Of a stretch of 55,560 bases of DNA, positions 46,715-55,560 are shown piece after piece. The notes under the pieces were generated by a model that ran no database searches, was not told where the DNA came from, and worked only from the letters and a program-made list of their open reading frames with translations. The stretch is taken from the IMG/VR virus record IMGVR_UViG_3300033146_001559, positions 1 to 55,560 of that record. One strand, written 5' to 3'. The stretch is from a virus (taxonomy: Duplodnaviria; Caudoviricetes). The translations under genes were made by a program, and so were the position numbers. Within the stretch, counting starts at the first letter, position 1. Each line of letters begins with the position of its first letter.

Positions 46715-48765
46715 TTTCTAATTGTTGACATTCCACCCTCTTTAACAACGGTTAAAGTATGGGAATTTTCGATATTAAGTTCTGTTCGGTGCGTGATGAT
46801 ATATGCACTCTCCTGATATGATCCAAGGCGTTCTTCCAAAATTTCCGCCATCACGCCAAGTCCTTTAGCGTCAATTGATACATCAAACCACTCATCATAA
46901 ATCGATATATTCGTTGTGATTTGATTTTGAATTCGCAGAATATCCTTGAACGTGAACGCGAGTGCTGTATTGAGACGAACTCGCTCGCCCCCCGATAGCC
47001 CACCCACTGGAATTTCATTACCACCTAATGACGTCATCACACAATCAAACGCAGAATCAAACTCAAGCCTACATGGTGTCTCCAGACGTGCCAAATACAT
47101 ATTTACCGTAGTATTGAATAGACTCACGATCCTACCCAAGATGACCTCTCTTATACCATTCTCACCAAACAGTGTTTTCATATGATTCAGGTGTTCGAGT
47201 TTGACCACATTCTCGCTAAACTCAGTTTCAATCTTTTCGAGATCAGCTTTAGATGAGTTTGCATCCTGTTCGAGATCAGCTAAAATAGTTTTAGTCCCAT
47301 CGGCCACTCGTGTTGCATCCAGACGAGTGATAGTGTTCAGCAGTTCAACTTCCTCACGCTTGGATTCTTCCCATTGTCTGATTTCAGTATCATTCATGGA
47401 TACCTTCGAATACAACTGCTTACGTTTATCACTAACCGTTGCGTCCGCATCGTCCAACACGCTCTTACTCTCGTTAATTTTGGTGTATTCATCGCGAAGG
47501 TCGGCTAGTTTAACTTCCTGTGCTCGTATCGCGTCCTCCTCGACCTCGATACGAGCATCAAATAATGGTTTAAAGTCTTCCAGTTGCTTGATATCATCAC
47601 GCAATCCTTCGATCTTCACATCACAAAGTTTAATATAATCACGATGATCCATAATAGTAGCCGTGATCCCATCACGGCATTCCTCATCCATGTCCCGCTT
47701 ACAGGTTGGGCAGATTTTTGCCGACTCCGCTGATATTATAGACCGTTCGATGCGACTGATTTCGGATTCCTCCCTATCAATAGAACCCTGTATGGTTCCG
47801 ATGTCCCTGAAAATTCCCTTCGATTCAAATTTAATTTTACTGATGTTATCCTTGTGTTTTGTGACAACGTCCTTAATGGAGGACGCCTTATCCTTCAAGG
47901 TGTCCTGACTGGCGAGAATCGTTCTTCGCTTAGTAGTTATCGCGTCGACCACCGCATCTAATTTAGCACTCTCATCCGCCATATCAATTTTTTTGGGCTC
48001 TGGTAGGATTACGAATCCATCATAGTTAGATTGTGCCGTCTCTAGTCGCGCTTTATGTAATTCCTCTTCTTCAGCTATCTTTAGCTTTGCGCGGCTGATA
48101 TTACTATCCGTCGTCTCGATCAGTTGCTTGAACACGGATACCTTCCCGTTGAGAACCTCGGTGTCCTTATTCATCTTATTGAAGTCATCGCGCACCATCT
48201 TCTGCGCTTCTTTGATATATGTGAGATCAAAGACTCCTCCGATGAATTTCTCCCGTTCGACCTTCGACATTGTTAGAAACGAATTGGATGTGTGGATGTC
48301 TAAAGCAAATGATTGTTTGAAAACTTCCATTTTGATTCCGCCGAGGAACCGTTCGACTAGATCATCTTGTGTTGACTTGGAATGTGCCTGACTGACGTCT
48401 TCTCCATCAACCACTACCTTTAATTTTGATGGGTTGATGGATCGAGTTACGACTACCTTATGCGTGACACTACCACTTACTAGTGAAAATGACAACTGAA
48501 CTACACATTTCTTCTTTCCCGCTCCTCGGTTATATGGAATATCTGCCTGTGTGAATCCGTCTCTGGTCACTTTACCATAAAGTGCGAATAACACGCCATC
48601 TGTGAAGATAACCGACTTGCCGCACCCGTTTTTTTGTCCCTCTTGGGACACGGATTCATTTTCACCCTTAACAAATGTAATACCACTCATGAAATCATGC
48701 TCAACGAGTTCCCCCGTTGACATGAAATAGGATAATGAGATTTTTTCCAGTTCAATACGCTTCAT
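46711..48765 (-). CDS. gp46: Recombination endonuclease ATPase subunit (gp46/SbcC/Rad50)
   Basis: NGCGKS, coiled coils with CPTC zinc hook, LSGGE, IYDE, ITH. Confidence 0.93.
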   Translation of the reverse strand: MKRIELEKISLSYFMSTGELVEHDFMSGITFVKGENESVSQEGQKNGCGKSVIFTDGVLFALYGKVTRDGFTQADIPYNRGAGKKKCVVQLSFSLVSGSVTHKVVVTRSINPSKLKVVVDGEDVSQAHSKSTQDDLVERFLGGIKMEVFKQSFALDIHTSNSFLTMSKVEREKFIGGVFDLTYIKEAQKMVRDDFNKMNKDTEVLNGKVSVFKQLIETTDSNISRAKLKIAEEEELHKARLETAQSNYDGFVILPEPKKIDMADESAKLDAVVDAITTKRRTILASQDTLKDKASSIKDVVTKHKDNISKIKFESKGIFRDIGTIQGSIDREESEISRIERSIISAESAKICPTCKRDMDEECRDGITATIMDHRDYIKLCDVKIEGLRDDIKQLEDFKPLFDARIEVEEDAIRAQEVKLADLRDEYTKINESKSVLDDADATVSDKRKQLYSKVSMNDTEIRQWEESKREEVELLNTITRLDATRVADGTKTILADLEQDANSSKADLEKIETEFSENVVKLEHLNHMKTLFGENGIREVILGRIVSLFNTTVNMYLARLETPCRLEFDSAFDCVMTSLGGNEIPVGGLSGGERVRLNTALAFTFKDILRIQNQITTNISIYDEWFDVSIDAKGLGVMAEILEERLGSYQESAYIITHRTELNIENSHTLTVVKEGGMSTIRK

Positions 48766-48801
48766 GGTGTGATGATACCACGAAGTTCACATTTGTCAAT
48801 A

Positions 48802-49554
48802 TTATGTTTTGGCTCTATTAGCCGCCGAGCGCCATTGGTGGATCATTGATCGTTGGATAGTCGCCTTCTGGACACTCGGTGTGTTGATATTTTTTTTGGA
48901 AGTCGAATATACCCCCATCTCATTCAACTCAAGGCATGTCGTTAGCCCCGATGGGGTCATTAACCGTGTGGTGATGAATGGAACTGTCCCCGCACCAGCG
49001 AACATTTCGGTTAGAAATAGGAAATCGGGGGATACATATACCATATCTGGCTCCGTGAAGTGCAGTAGGTCATATGTCGCGTGCTGTTCGGCGATCATCT
49101 TGGAATGTGTTGTATTCAGTGGGCTTTCGTGCGGAACTGGGACTACCTTGTATTCGCCTTCCCAGTGAAGCGGGATAAGTTTCTCAACATCAGCATCAAT
49201 ACTAGACCAATCAATAACAATTAGCTCAACTTTAGCTGGATAAAGCGATGCTTGTGCATTAATAGAATCCAGAAATTCGGCGAAATACTGGAACCCTTCA
49301 GGCGATTGCATTTTTTCATAGGACGTCTGGATTTTTTTGCCACTTGCATTGATCTGCGCATCACACTCCTCCATCATCTTAATCTCCCCGATCAACACAC
49401 TGTCAGGTGAGCTATAATATACGAGCGATAAGTCTTTAATCGATACGATAATGCTAATTGGGGTGGATGCGGTCACTTCACACTCAATTGGTTGTGGTGT
49501 AGTGTTTACTGCTTTTTTTACTGCTTTTTTTGGTGTTTTCTTTTTACCTGTCAT
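48802..49554 (-). CDS. Late protein with a degenerate GT-A-like region
   Basis: ISIIVS...VELIVIDWSS.D...LLHFTEPD; start set by TAAATA-N5-ATG. Confidence 0.45.
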   Translation of the reverse strand: MTGKKKTPKKAVKKAVNTTPQPIECEVTASTPISIIVSIKDLSLVYYSSPDSVLIGEIKMMEECDAQINASGKKIQTSYEKMQSPEGFQYFAEFLDSINAQASLYPAKVELIVIDWSSIDADVEKLIPLHWEGEYKVVPVPHESPLNTTHSKMIAEQHATYDLLHFTEPDMVYVSPDFLFLTEMFAGAGTVPFITTRLMTPSGLTTCLELNEMGVYSTSKKNINTPSVQKATIQRSMIHQWRSAANRAKT

Positions 49555-49558
49555 ACCG

Positions 49559-50527
49559 TTATTTAAAGTTAGTTTTATAGAAGTCAACTGTTTTCTTGAT
49601 TCCTTCATAGAATGGAGTCATATCCCGAATAATGGTCGGTTTTAGTTTATAACAGAAGTCGTGACCGTTCCTATCAGGAACAAAGTCCATCGACACTGGA
49701 GTATCTATTTCTTTCATAATGAGTTCTGCCACGCGAATGTTATTCATAAGTCCGTCTGGGTTGGTAATATGATTGACTCGGTCACCAAACTCAGCATCAA
49801 GGACAATATCACTCAAAATACCAACAGTATCCTCAACAAAAGTCCATTCCCTAAGATTGGCCCCACTACCATAAATATGGGCTGGTTCGCCGTGAATACT
49901 ACGAGAAATAACATTTGGGATAAATTTACTTGGGTGTTGATATTTTCCATACTGGTTAGATAATACAACATACACCACCTTCATGTCAAGCGTATTCTCC
50001 ATTGATTGGAGAAATAGTGTTTGAGCCGCTTTTGACGCGCTATATGGGTTCCTCGGTTGGATCGGTGAATCCACATTAAATGCTGGGGATAATGCGCTTG
50101 GTAAATCACCATATTCCTCGTCTGTTCTTATCTGGATAAATCGGTCGATATTTTCTGCACCGAGTATATTAATTAGATTTGGGACGAGGCTACAATTAGC
50201 AATGAATACCTCGGTTGGGTGTGTGATTGATGTGTCGACGTGACTTTCTGATGCAAAATTTAATACAGTAACATTGCGTGGTTGTGATTTTAGTGACGTC
50301 GATAAATTATTAATATCCTTTGTTATGACGGAAGTTGGTATATCACTGGAAATCTCAAGGGCGAGCGCATCCGACTCTTCTAAATTCCATTCACATAATT
50401 CATTTGAATCAATAAGTATAATTTCATTAAAAACTGACTTATATGAGGTGACCGTATCTCGCACCACTCCCATAAAATTGGTTCCTATGAACCCGCGCCA
50501 TCCAGTGACTACTAAAGTATTATTCAT
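49559..50527 (-). CDS. rmlB: dTDP-glucose 4,6-dehydratase (RmlB-like)
   Basis: VTGWRGFIG, FASESHVD.SI, TDEEYG, PYSASKA, QHPSKFIP, REWTFVED, DRNGHD. Confidence 0.88.
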   Translation of the reverse strand: MNNTLVVTGWRGFIGTNFMGVVRDTVTSYKSVFNEIILIDSNELCEWNLEESDALALEISSDIPTSVITKDINNLSTSLKSQPRNVTVLNFASESHVDTSITHPTEVFIANCSLVPNLINILGAENIDRFIQIRTDEEYGDLPSALSPAFNVDSPIQPRNPYSASKAAQTLFLQSMENTLDMKVVYVVLSNQYGKYQHPSKFIPNVISRSIHGEPAHIYGSGANLREWTFVEDTVGILSDIVLDAEFGDRVNHITNPDGLMNNIRVAELIMKEIDTPVSMDFVPDRNGHDFCYKLKPTIIRDMTPFYEGIKKTVDFYKTNFK

Positions 50528-50604
50528 ACACAGATAATAGCACGAATATACTCTTTTGTCAAATGCATTTGACAAAAGCTAAAAATTATGATAATATCAT
50601 GCAT

Positions 50605-51036
50605 ATGAGTGACGAACAGATGACTTTTACGCAAAAAATGGAGTTTTATCATAAAGACATGGAAAAGGACTGTGAGGTTGATTCCATAACCTTAATGGAT
50701 AAACTGGAAGATCACCCGAAAGTGATGAACAAATGGTTGCGATATTTGTATGACGGTAGGGTGATGTTGGATCTATTAGAGCGGAGGCGGGGTGACGTGT
50801 TTGATGAATGCAAACTGGAATTAGAAACTGGTGATGATCCAAGATATCAAAACATGTCAAATGCCTCAATGAAACGGAAAATTGAATCTTTCTCAAAAAT
50901 TAAACAGCTCGATAAGGCAATTAAACAGCAAACTCTCCTTTGTGAACAGCTGGTTGAATATGTCGGGATGGCAAAATATACCATTCTTCAGTGTTGTCAA
51001 TCAATTATCGAAGTGCGGAAACTCGAAGAAATGTAA
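50605..51036 (+). CDS. uvsY: Recombination mediator UvsY
   Basis: KDCEVDSITL...P....KWL, C-terminal IIEVRKLE; upstream of uvsW. Confidence 0.65.
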   Translation: MSDEQMTFTQKMEFYHKDMEKDCEVDSITLMDKLEDHPKVMNKWLRYLYDGRVMLDLLERRRGDVFDECKLELETGDDPRYQNMSNASMKRKIESFSKIKQLDKAIKQQTLLCEQLVEYVGMAKYTILQCCQSIIEVRKLEEM

Positions 51037-51078
51037 TGTTTATCTTGCTATTAGCGAGATTCGTGCTAATATAATAAC

Positions 51079-52587
51079 ATGAGTAGTTTTTGGGTTAACA
51101 TTACAGCTAAAGATGGGAAGGGGGTTATCACCTCTTCTCATTTTGATGCGATAAGGGAGTATCATTCATGTGAAAACCCAAAAATCAAATACGCATCACC
51201 TTGGGCAAAACGACATATACCAAACCGTGTGTATTTTATTGGAACGGATGGGGTATTCGAGGTTGGACTCTTGGAGTCTATTTTTGGGTTCTGTAAAAAA
51301 ATTAATGAGGAAATTGATTCGGATGGTTCATTCGTGGTCGATCATCTCGCAGATAGCCTCAATGAACCAGCATTCCCTCTCAAAGCTGGGTTTCAGTTAC
51401 ATCAGTTTGATGGTTTCGAATATCGTGACGTGCAGGAAGAGTCTATACTACATGCGATTAAACGGGGGCGGGGTATTATTGATGTGGGGACCGCTGGGGG
51501 TAAGGGTTTAGTATTTGCGTCCATTATTAGAACGCTATTAACCTATAACCCACACATGACATTTGCACTTATAGTTCCGACACATCTCGTGAGTAAGACA
51601 CTGACCGAGATGATAAACGAATATGGCTTTGACGCAGACACCGAAATCACAGCATGGTCAGGGAAGATAAAGCCAGACTTCAAAAAGCCGATCGTGGTGG
51701 TGGGACAACATATTGCCAGTAAACGCGAAGATGAATTCCTCGAACATGTAGGCGGGCGGGGGGTGTGTATCATCGATGAGTGCCACATCCTCAAATATGA
51801 TGGTATCATAACCGAGCGTGTCCGCAAAGTAAAGACCCCTAATATCATTGGTCTTACGGGCTCCATCCCCAAAGAACCGCATAATAAAATGACCATGGTT
51901 GGTATAATCGGCAAAGTGGTAAATAAGGTAACTTCACGCGAACTAAAAAACAGGGGGTTCAAGGCCGATTCTAGAATTGTTGGGGTATGTATTGATGGGG
52001 GTAAATTCATCAATGGCGGGGTAGATGCACTCCAAGCATATCAATTTGAGCGGGAATTTCTGCTCACCAATAAAACGAGAAATTCATTCATCAAGAACTT
52101 TATTTTGGCGGCGTGTAAAGAAAATGTATTAATCCCCATTGATCTGGACTATCATGAAGAAATTCTAATCGATACTTTCAAGGACTGTGGGCGGGAAATC
52201 ATCGTGATTAATGGAAAAACACCCGACTCGGAGAGATCTCTTATATATGATAGCCTTGAGCATAAAAATGGAGTAATCCTTATTGTAAAAACTGGCATCA
52301 TGCGAGAAGGTATCTCTATCAATAACCTGAGCTATCTTATCGGTTATTTCATCGGTAAGAGTTTCGTGCGGGTCGTCCAGCTGTTGGGTCGTATTGAGCG
52401 GCATGGCGGGAACGCGGAGCCTGTTTTCTATGATTTTTTCGATACATCACCCTTCAGCAAAAAACAGTTTGCATCAAGACTAGAAATCTACCGTGGTGAA
52501 GATCTTCGGGTGAAACAAATTGAACACAAATTAGCTCACCCCTATGCAGAAAGTGAGCTATTTGACGTCTCTAAAGATGATGATTAG
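51079..52587 (+). CDS. uvsW: SF2 helicase UvsW
   Basis: RDVQ, TAGGKG, IIDECH, GLTGS, REGISI, QLLGR. Confidence 0.9.
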   Translation: MSSFWVNITAKDGKGVITSSHFDAIREYHSCENPKIKYASPWAKRHIPNRVYFIGTDGVFEVGLLESIFGFCKKINEEIDSDGSFVVDHLADSLNEPAFPLKAGFQLHQFDGFEYRDVQEESILHAIKRGRGIIDVGTAGGKGLVFASIIRTLLTYNPHMTFALIVPTHLVSKTLTEMINEYGFDADTEITAWSGKIKPDFKKPIVVVGQHIASKREDEFLEHVGGRGVCIIDECHILKYDGIITERVRKVKTPNIIGLTGSIPKEPHNKMTMVGIIGKVVNKVTSRELKNRGFKADSRIVGVCIDGGKFINGGVDALQAYQFEREFLLTNKTRNSFIKNFILAACKENVLIPIDLDYHEEILIDTFKDCGREIIVINGKTPDSERSLIYDSLEHKNGVILIVKTGIMREGISINNLSYLIGYFIGKSFVRVVQLLGRIERHGGNAEPVFYDFFDTSPFSKKQFASRLEIYRGEDLRVKQIEHKLAHPYAESELFDVSKDDD

Positions 52588-54275
52588 AGTTCGTTTACGT
52601 ATTCATCAAGGAATGATGCTACTTCAGCGATACCTTCCTTGGATTTGATCGTGGATAAATCTTCAAGATCACCTTTATCAAACTGAATATCATTCACCAT
52701 AATGGTATCTTCCCAATCATAGTGATAGCTATTGATCAGGCGATCCAGCTCATCTTTTCTAAAAGCAATATTCACATCCGAAGACGGGATGTGCTCGTCA
52801 CGAACAATGCGAAGTTCGGCATCGATCAGTTCAGACTCTTGATCGTAATCTGTCTGAATCACAACACCAACATCACACGTGAGGATGGCATGTTCAATTA
52901 AGTCGAATATTTCATCATGAGATTCCCTGTTTGCGACCTCCGAATATTTATTAACAAATACCTTCCCGATAGCTGTGTTTGTATCAAACACCACCTCTGC
53001 CAATTCTCCTGCGGAAGATCCCGTCATATCCATGGCATCCATGATATAATCAACGGAACGTTGAGATAGTTTGTTAATAATCTTAGTGGCAATGTCAGTA
53101 TCGATAGGTGTTAAATTGACATCGGAATCATCATCGGTTGCATCGACAAGATCACTAATCTCAACAATTGCACGGTCTTTAACATCATCAAGCACGTCAT
53201 AACCAACCACATAACTAACATTACCATATGCATCCGTATCGGTTCCCCTGAAATCGCCGAATCCATCACTACGCTGCATCCATAGATTGAATCCTTCTTC
53301 GATGCCGTGCTCAGATTCCAGCTTATCGCGTTCCGTAACCATGTATGGTCGTTCCTTTTCTAGATCTTTCATCATTTCAAGATCCAGATCACCAATACTA
53401 AAGTTACCCTCTGGGGCATAACCACCGCCACGAACTTCGGAAACAAGATACTCTCCATCGTCACCTCTGTATTTAAGGAGATCAACGATGTATCGATGAT
53501 ACTTCTTGGCTGGCTTTTTATTGGCGCGACCTTTCATCTCTCCAAGGAATTTATAGTCGTCACCAAATTCATCATCCAGATCATTCTTGGTAGATCGGAG
53601 AATGAAGGTTAGGAAGGGTTTTGAGGTCACTTTTTTGGTTTTTCGGTCAGTTGACACCTTTCTAAGTGATAAAATTGTGTCTTCCTCTCGGTATTCAGCT
53701 GAGTTACCACAGTGCCCCATAGCACCGCCCTCAAGGGCACACCGTGGGCGTTTGAGGTCAAACCACTTGTATCCATTACCAAAATCAATAAGCTCTTCTA
53801 TGGTGCCTTCCTGAAGCTCATCTGTGATATCGATCAATTGTGAATCATCGGAACGGTTCATTTGCCAGTTACCTTCCCAGTCTGTGAATTTATCATTCAC
53901 TTTTCCGAAGTCCTGCTCGTCAAATACAAAATTCTGAATCCGTTTCACCTCAGTCATTGCGAAGAAGTGACTCATTGTTTTGAAAATGTGATTGGTCTGT
54001 GTAAAATCACTCGCTACATACGGGAATCGCTTAACATACTTATCAAAGCGACTGGCTGATTTTTCATCAAGCTCGTCCGTCAACCGAGAGTATGCATCTG
54101 CTTTATGATACCGTAACATCCAGATGATGCGGTCATCTTTCTTGAATGTGGTGATTACTTCTCTGACTATTTCTGAATAATCTGAGTCGAACTCATCGAA
54201 CATAACAGCATACCGATCAACCCTACCCTCAATGAGGAAATCATAATCCACATAAAAATCTTTGAAAGCTTCCAT
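52584..54275 (-). CDS. PcfJ-like domain late protein, candidate internal head protein
   Basis: EGGAMGHCG...ILSLR...LTF...EMKGRAN; TAATTA-N5-ATG at 54275 (MEAFKDF...LIE). Confidence 0.6.
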   Translation of the reverse strand: MEAFKDFYVDYDFLIEGRVDRYAVMFDEFDSDYSEIVREVITTFKKDDRIIWMLRYHKADAYSRLTDELDEKSASRFDKYVKRFPYVASDFTQTNHIFKTMSHFFAMTEVKRIQNFVFDEQDFGKVNDKFTDWEGNWQMNRSDDSQLIDITDELQEGTIEELIDFGNGYKWFDLKRPRCALEGGAMGHCGNSAEYREEDTILSLRKVSTDRKTKKVTSKPFLTFILRSTKNDLDDEFGDDYKFLGEMKGRANKKPAKKYHRYIVDLLKYRGDDGEYLVSEVRGGGYAPEGNFSIGDLDLEMMKDLEKERPYMVTERDKLESEHGIEEGFNLWMQRSDGFGDFRGTDTDAYGNVSYVVGYDVLDDVKDRAIVEISDLVDATDDDSDVNLTPIDTDIATKIINKLSQRSVDYIMDAMDMTGSSAGELAEVVFDTNTAIGKVFVNKYSEVANRESHDEIFDLIEHAILTCDVGVVIQTDYDQESELIDAELRIVRDEHIPSSDVNIAFRKDELDRLINSYHYDWEDTIMVNDIQFDKGDLEDLSTIKSKEGIAEVASFLDEYVNEL

Positions 54276-54286
54276 GCTACTAATTA

Positions 54287-55501
54287 TCAACCAACGGTCA
54301 CAATCGGAGTCACTCCTAAACTTAGTCTGATTTTCCCAACCAAAACCTCCCGTAAGTGTTGAGCTTCCGCCAATGGAACCAAGAGTCCGTCGTGGATACT
54401 GATTAGTTTGAATTCATCGACCATCTCGGTAATAATCTTGCTCTCCGCTCGCTGATACATAATATGCGCCTTGGACCCGATATCGAGTATGTGTTCGTGT
54501 AGAATTGGGTATTCCGATGACATGTAGTCAATCATCTTACCAATGTGTGTGTGTTCGAATTTTATCTTTGAGTCGACGAGTCCCTCAGTCACTCCACCCA
54601 AATATAACATCCAAGCCTTTTTCGCGGCTTTTCTGGTCAACCCAAACTGCTCATATCCAGTTCCGTTTTCAATATGAGTAGATAACCTCTTTTTTTCATC
54701 CCCATCCGTCATAAGATCAATAATAAAAGTCATTGAGGATGATTTGATATCAATTTCCGTCGAAGTCACACCATCCATTACAATAAAATTACGTAAAACT
54801 GATGGCATTTGATTAATCTTATTAAACATCCGCCCTACATTAGGAGAAACTTTAGAGTCGGACCCCTTGAAATTAAAACTTTCTAATTGATCACGCATCA
54901 TCAATCTCACCATATATGACCACTTCCGTTCAATACCAAGTGTTTCTAATGCTTGTAGGGCACCACTCATATCCAAAATAACACATTTTGTGTCATACAG
55001 GCCACCACGCTCAACACACTCTTGCTTGTAGCGACGTCGCATTGTAGCCGAAAGCCTATCATAAACAGACGTTAGTGTGAAATTGTGTGCGTCGTAGTAA
55101 TTGTCCTCCAACCGATATGCCCTACAGTATGACAAGCCCTCTTCGGAACACCATGTGGGCTTACCCGTTGCCGTATTGTTCATTGGTAACACAATACCAC
55201 ACTCAATGAGAGCATCCCTAATTGGAATAAATAAATCTGTCCCAAATGTTGATCTACCACTCAATGTCGATATGGCACACCATTTATATAAAAACGGTGA
55301 AGATCCCATGTGTTCGTGGTGTGCTCTATATGAAAATAACGTCGTAATGAAGTCTGAGGTCATGTTCTTGACGTGCCTACTACATTCTGGGTATGGTGTC
55401 CCCCTGATAACCAATCGATGCTCCATGACCCAAGACAGGTCAGACCCACATGCTACTGTGAGTGTCTTTTCTGTCTTGAGTTGTTTGAGAGTAATGTTCA
55501 T
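54287..55501 (-). CDS. Family-A-like polymerase (TV-Pol-like)
   Basis: GR.....QMP..LR, motif A EIDIKSS, motif B AKK, YQRAES, motif C SIHDG. Confidence 0.6.
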   Translation of the reverse strand: MNITLKQLKTEKTLTVACGSDLSWVMEHRLVIRGTPYPECSRHVKNMTSDFITTLFSYRAHHEHMGSSPFLYKWCAISTLSGRSTFGTDLFIPIRDALIECGIVLPMNNTATGKPTWCSEEGLSYCRAYRLEDNYYDAHNFTLTSVYDRLSATMRRRYKQECVERGGLYDTKCVILDMSGALQALETLGIERKWSYMVRLMMRDQLESFNFKGSDSKVSPNVGRMFNKINQMPSVLRNFIVMDGVTSTEIDIKSSSMTFIIDLMTDGDEKKRLSTHIENGTGYEQFGLTRKAAKKAWMLYLGGVTEGLVDSKIKFEHTHIGKMIDYMSSEYPILHEHILDIGSKAHIMYQRAESKIITEMVDEFKLISIHDGLLVPLAEAQHLREVLVGKIRLSLGVTPIVTVG

Positions 55502-55560
55502 GTGAGATCAATAATATCAGAAGTAATTATAAAAGTCAACTATTTATTTATCTCGATGTG

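Noticed and set aside
484-55505. Many 60-190 aa ORFs antisense to or nested in the annotated genes
   Set aside because: Shadow ORFs without promoter motifs or family signatures

Overview
Fragment of a large T4-like (myovirus, probably jumbo) phage genome read with the standard genetic code. It carries head genes (portal gp20, protease gp21, terminase gp17, gp4, gp14, gp15), tail and baseplate genes (sheath gp18, tube gp19, gp5 spike, gp53-like) and replication/recombination genes (primase, Dda, UvsW/UvsY, gp46, RNase H, gp62-like). It also has thyA, a class II ribonucleotide reductase with two mini-inteins, several glycosylation enzymes, four unusual tRNA or tRNA-like genes and three IS607/TnpB-type elements. 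The T4 modules are scrambled and genes alternate strand. The strongest unexplained signal is that many genes have their own promoter at a fixed distance from the start codon with no Shine-Dalgarno site. The late class is TAA(T/A)TA-N5-ATG (about 25 cases, one serving both strands) and the early class is TTGACA-N16/17-TAnnAT-N6-ATG, which points to a largely leaderless transcriptome. Other highlights are a tRNA whose anticodon is split by a 31-nt hairpin, a tail spike with a circularly permuted Amidase_3-like domain, a TnpB gene under the late promoter with a related non-coding omegaRNA-type mini-element, and HD-domain and PcfJ-like proteins with capsid-targeting-like N-termini. All calls come from motif recognition by eye; no database searches were run.
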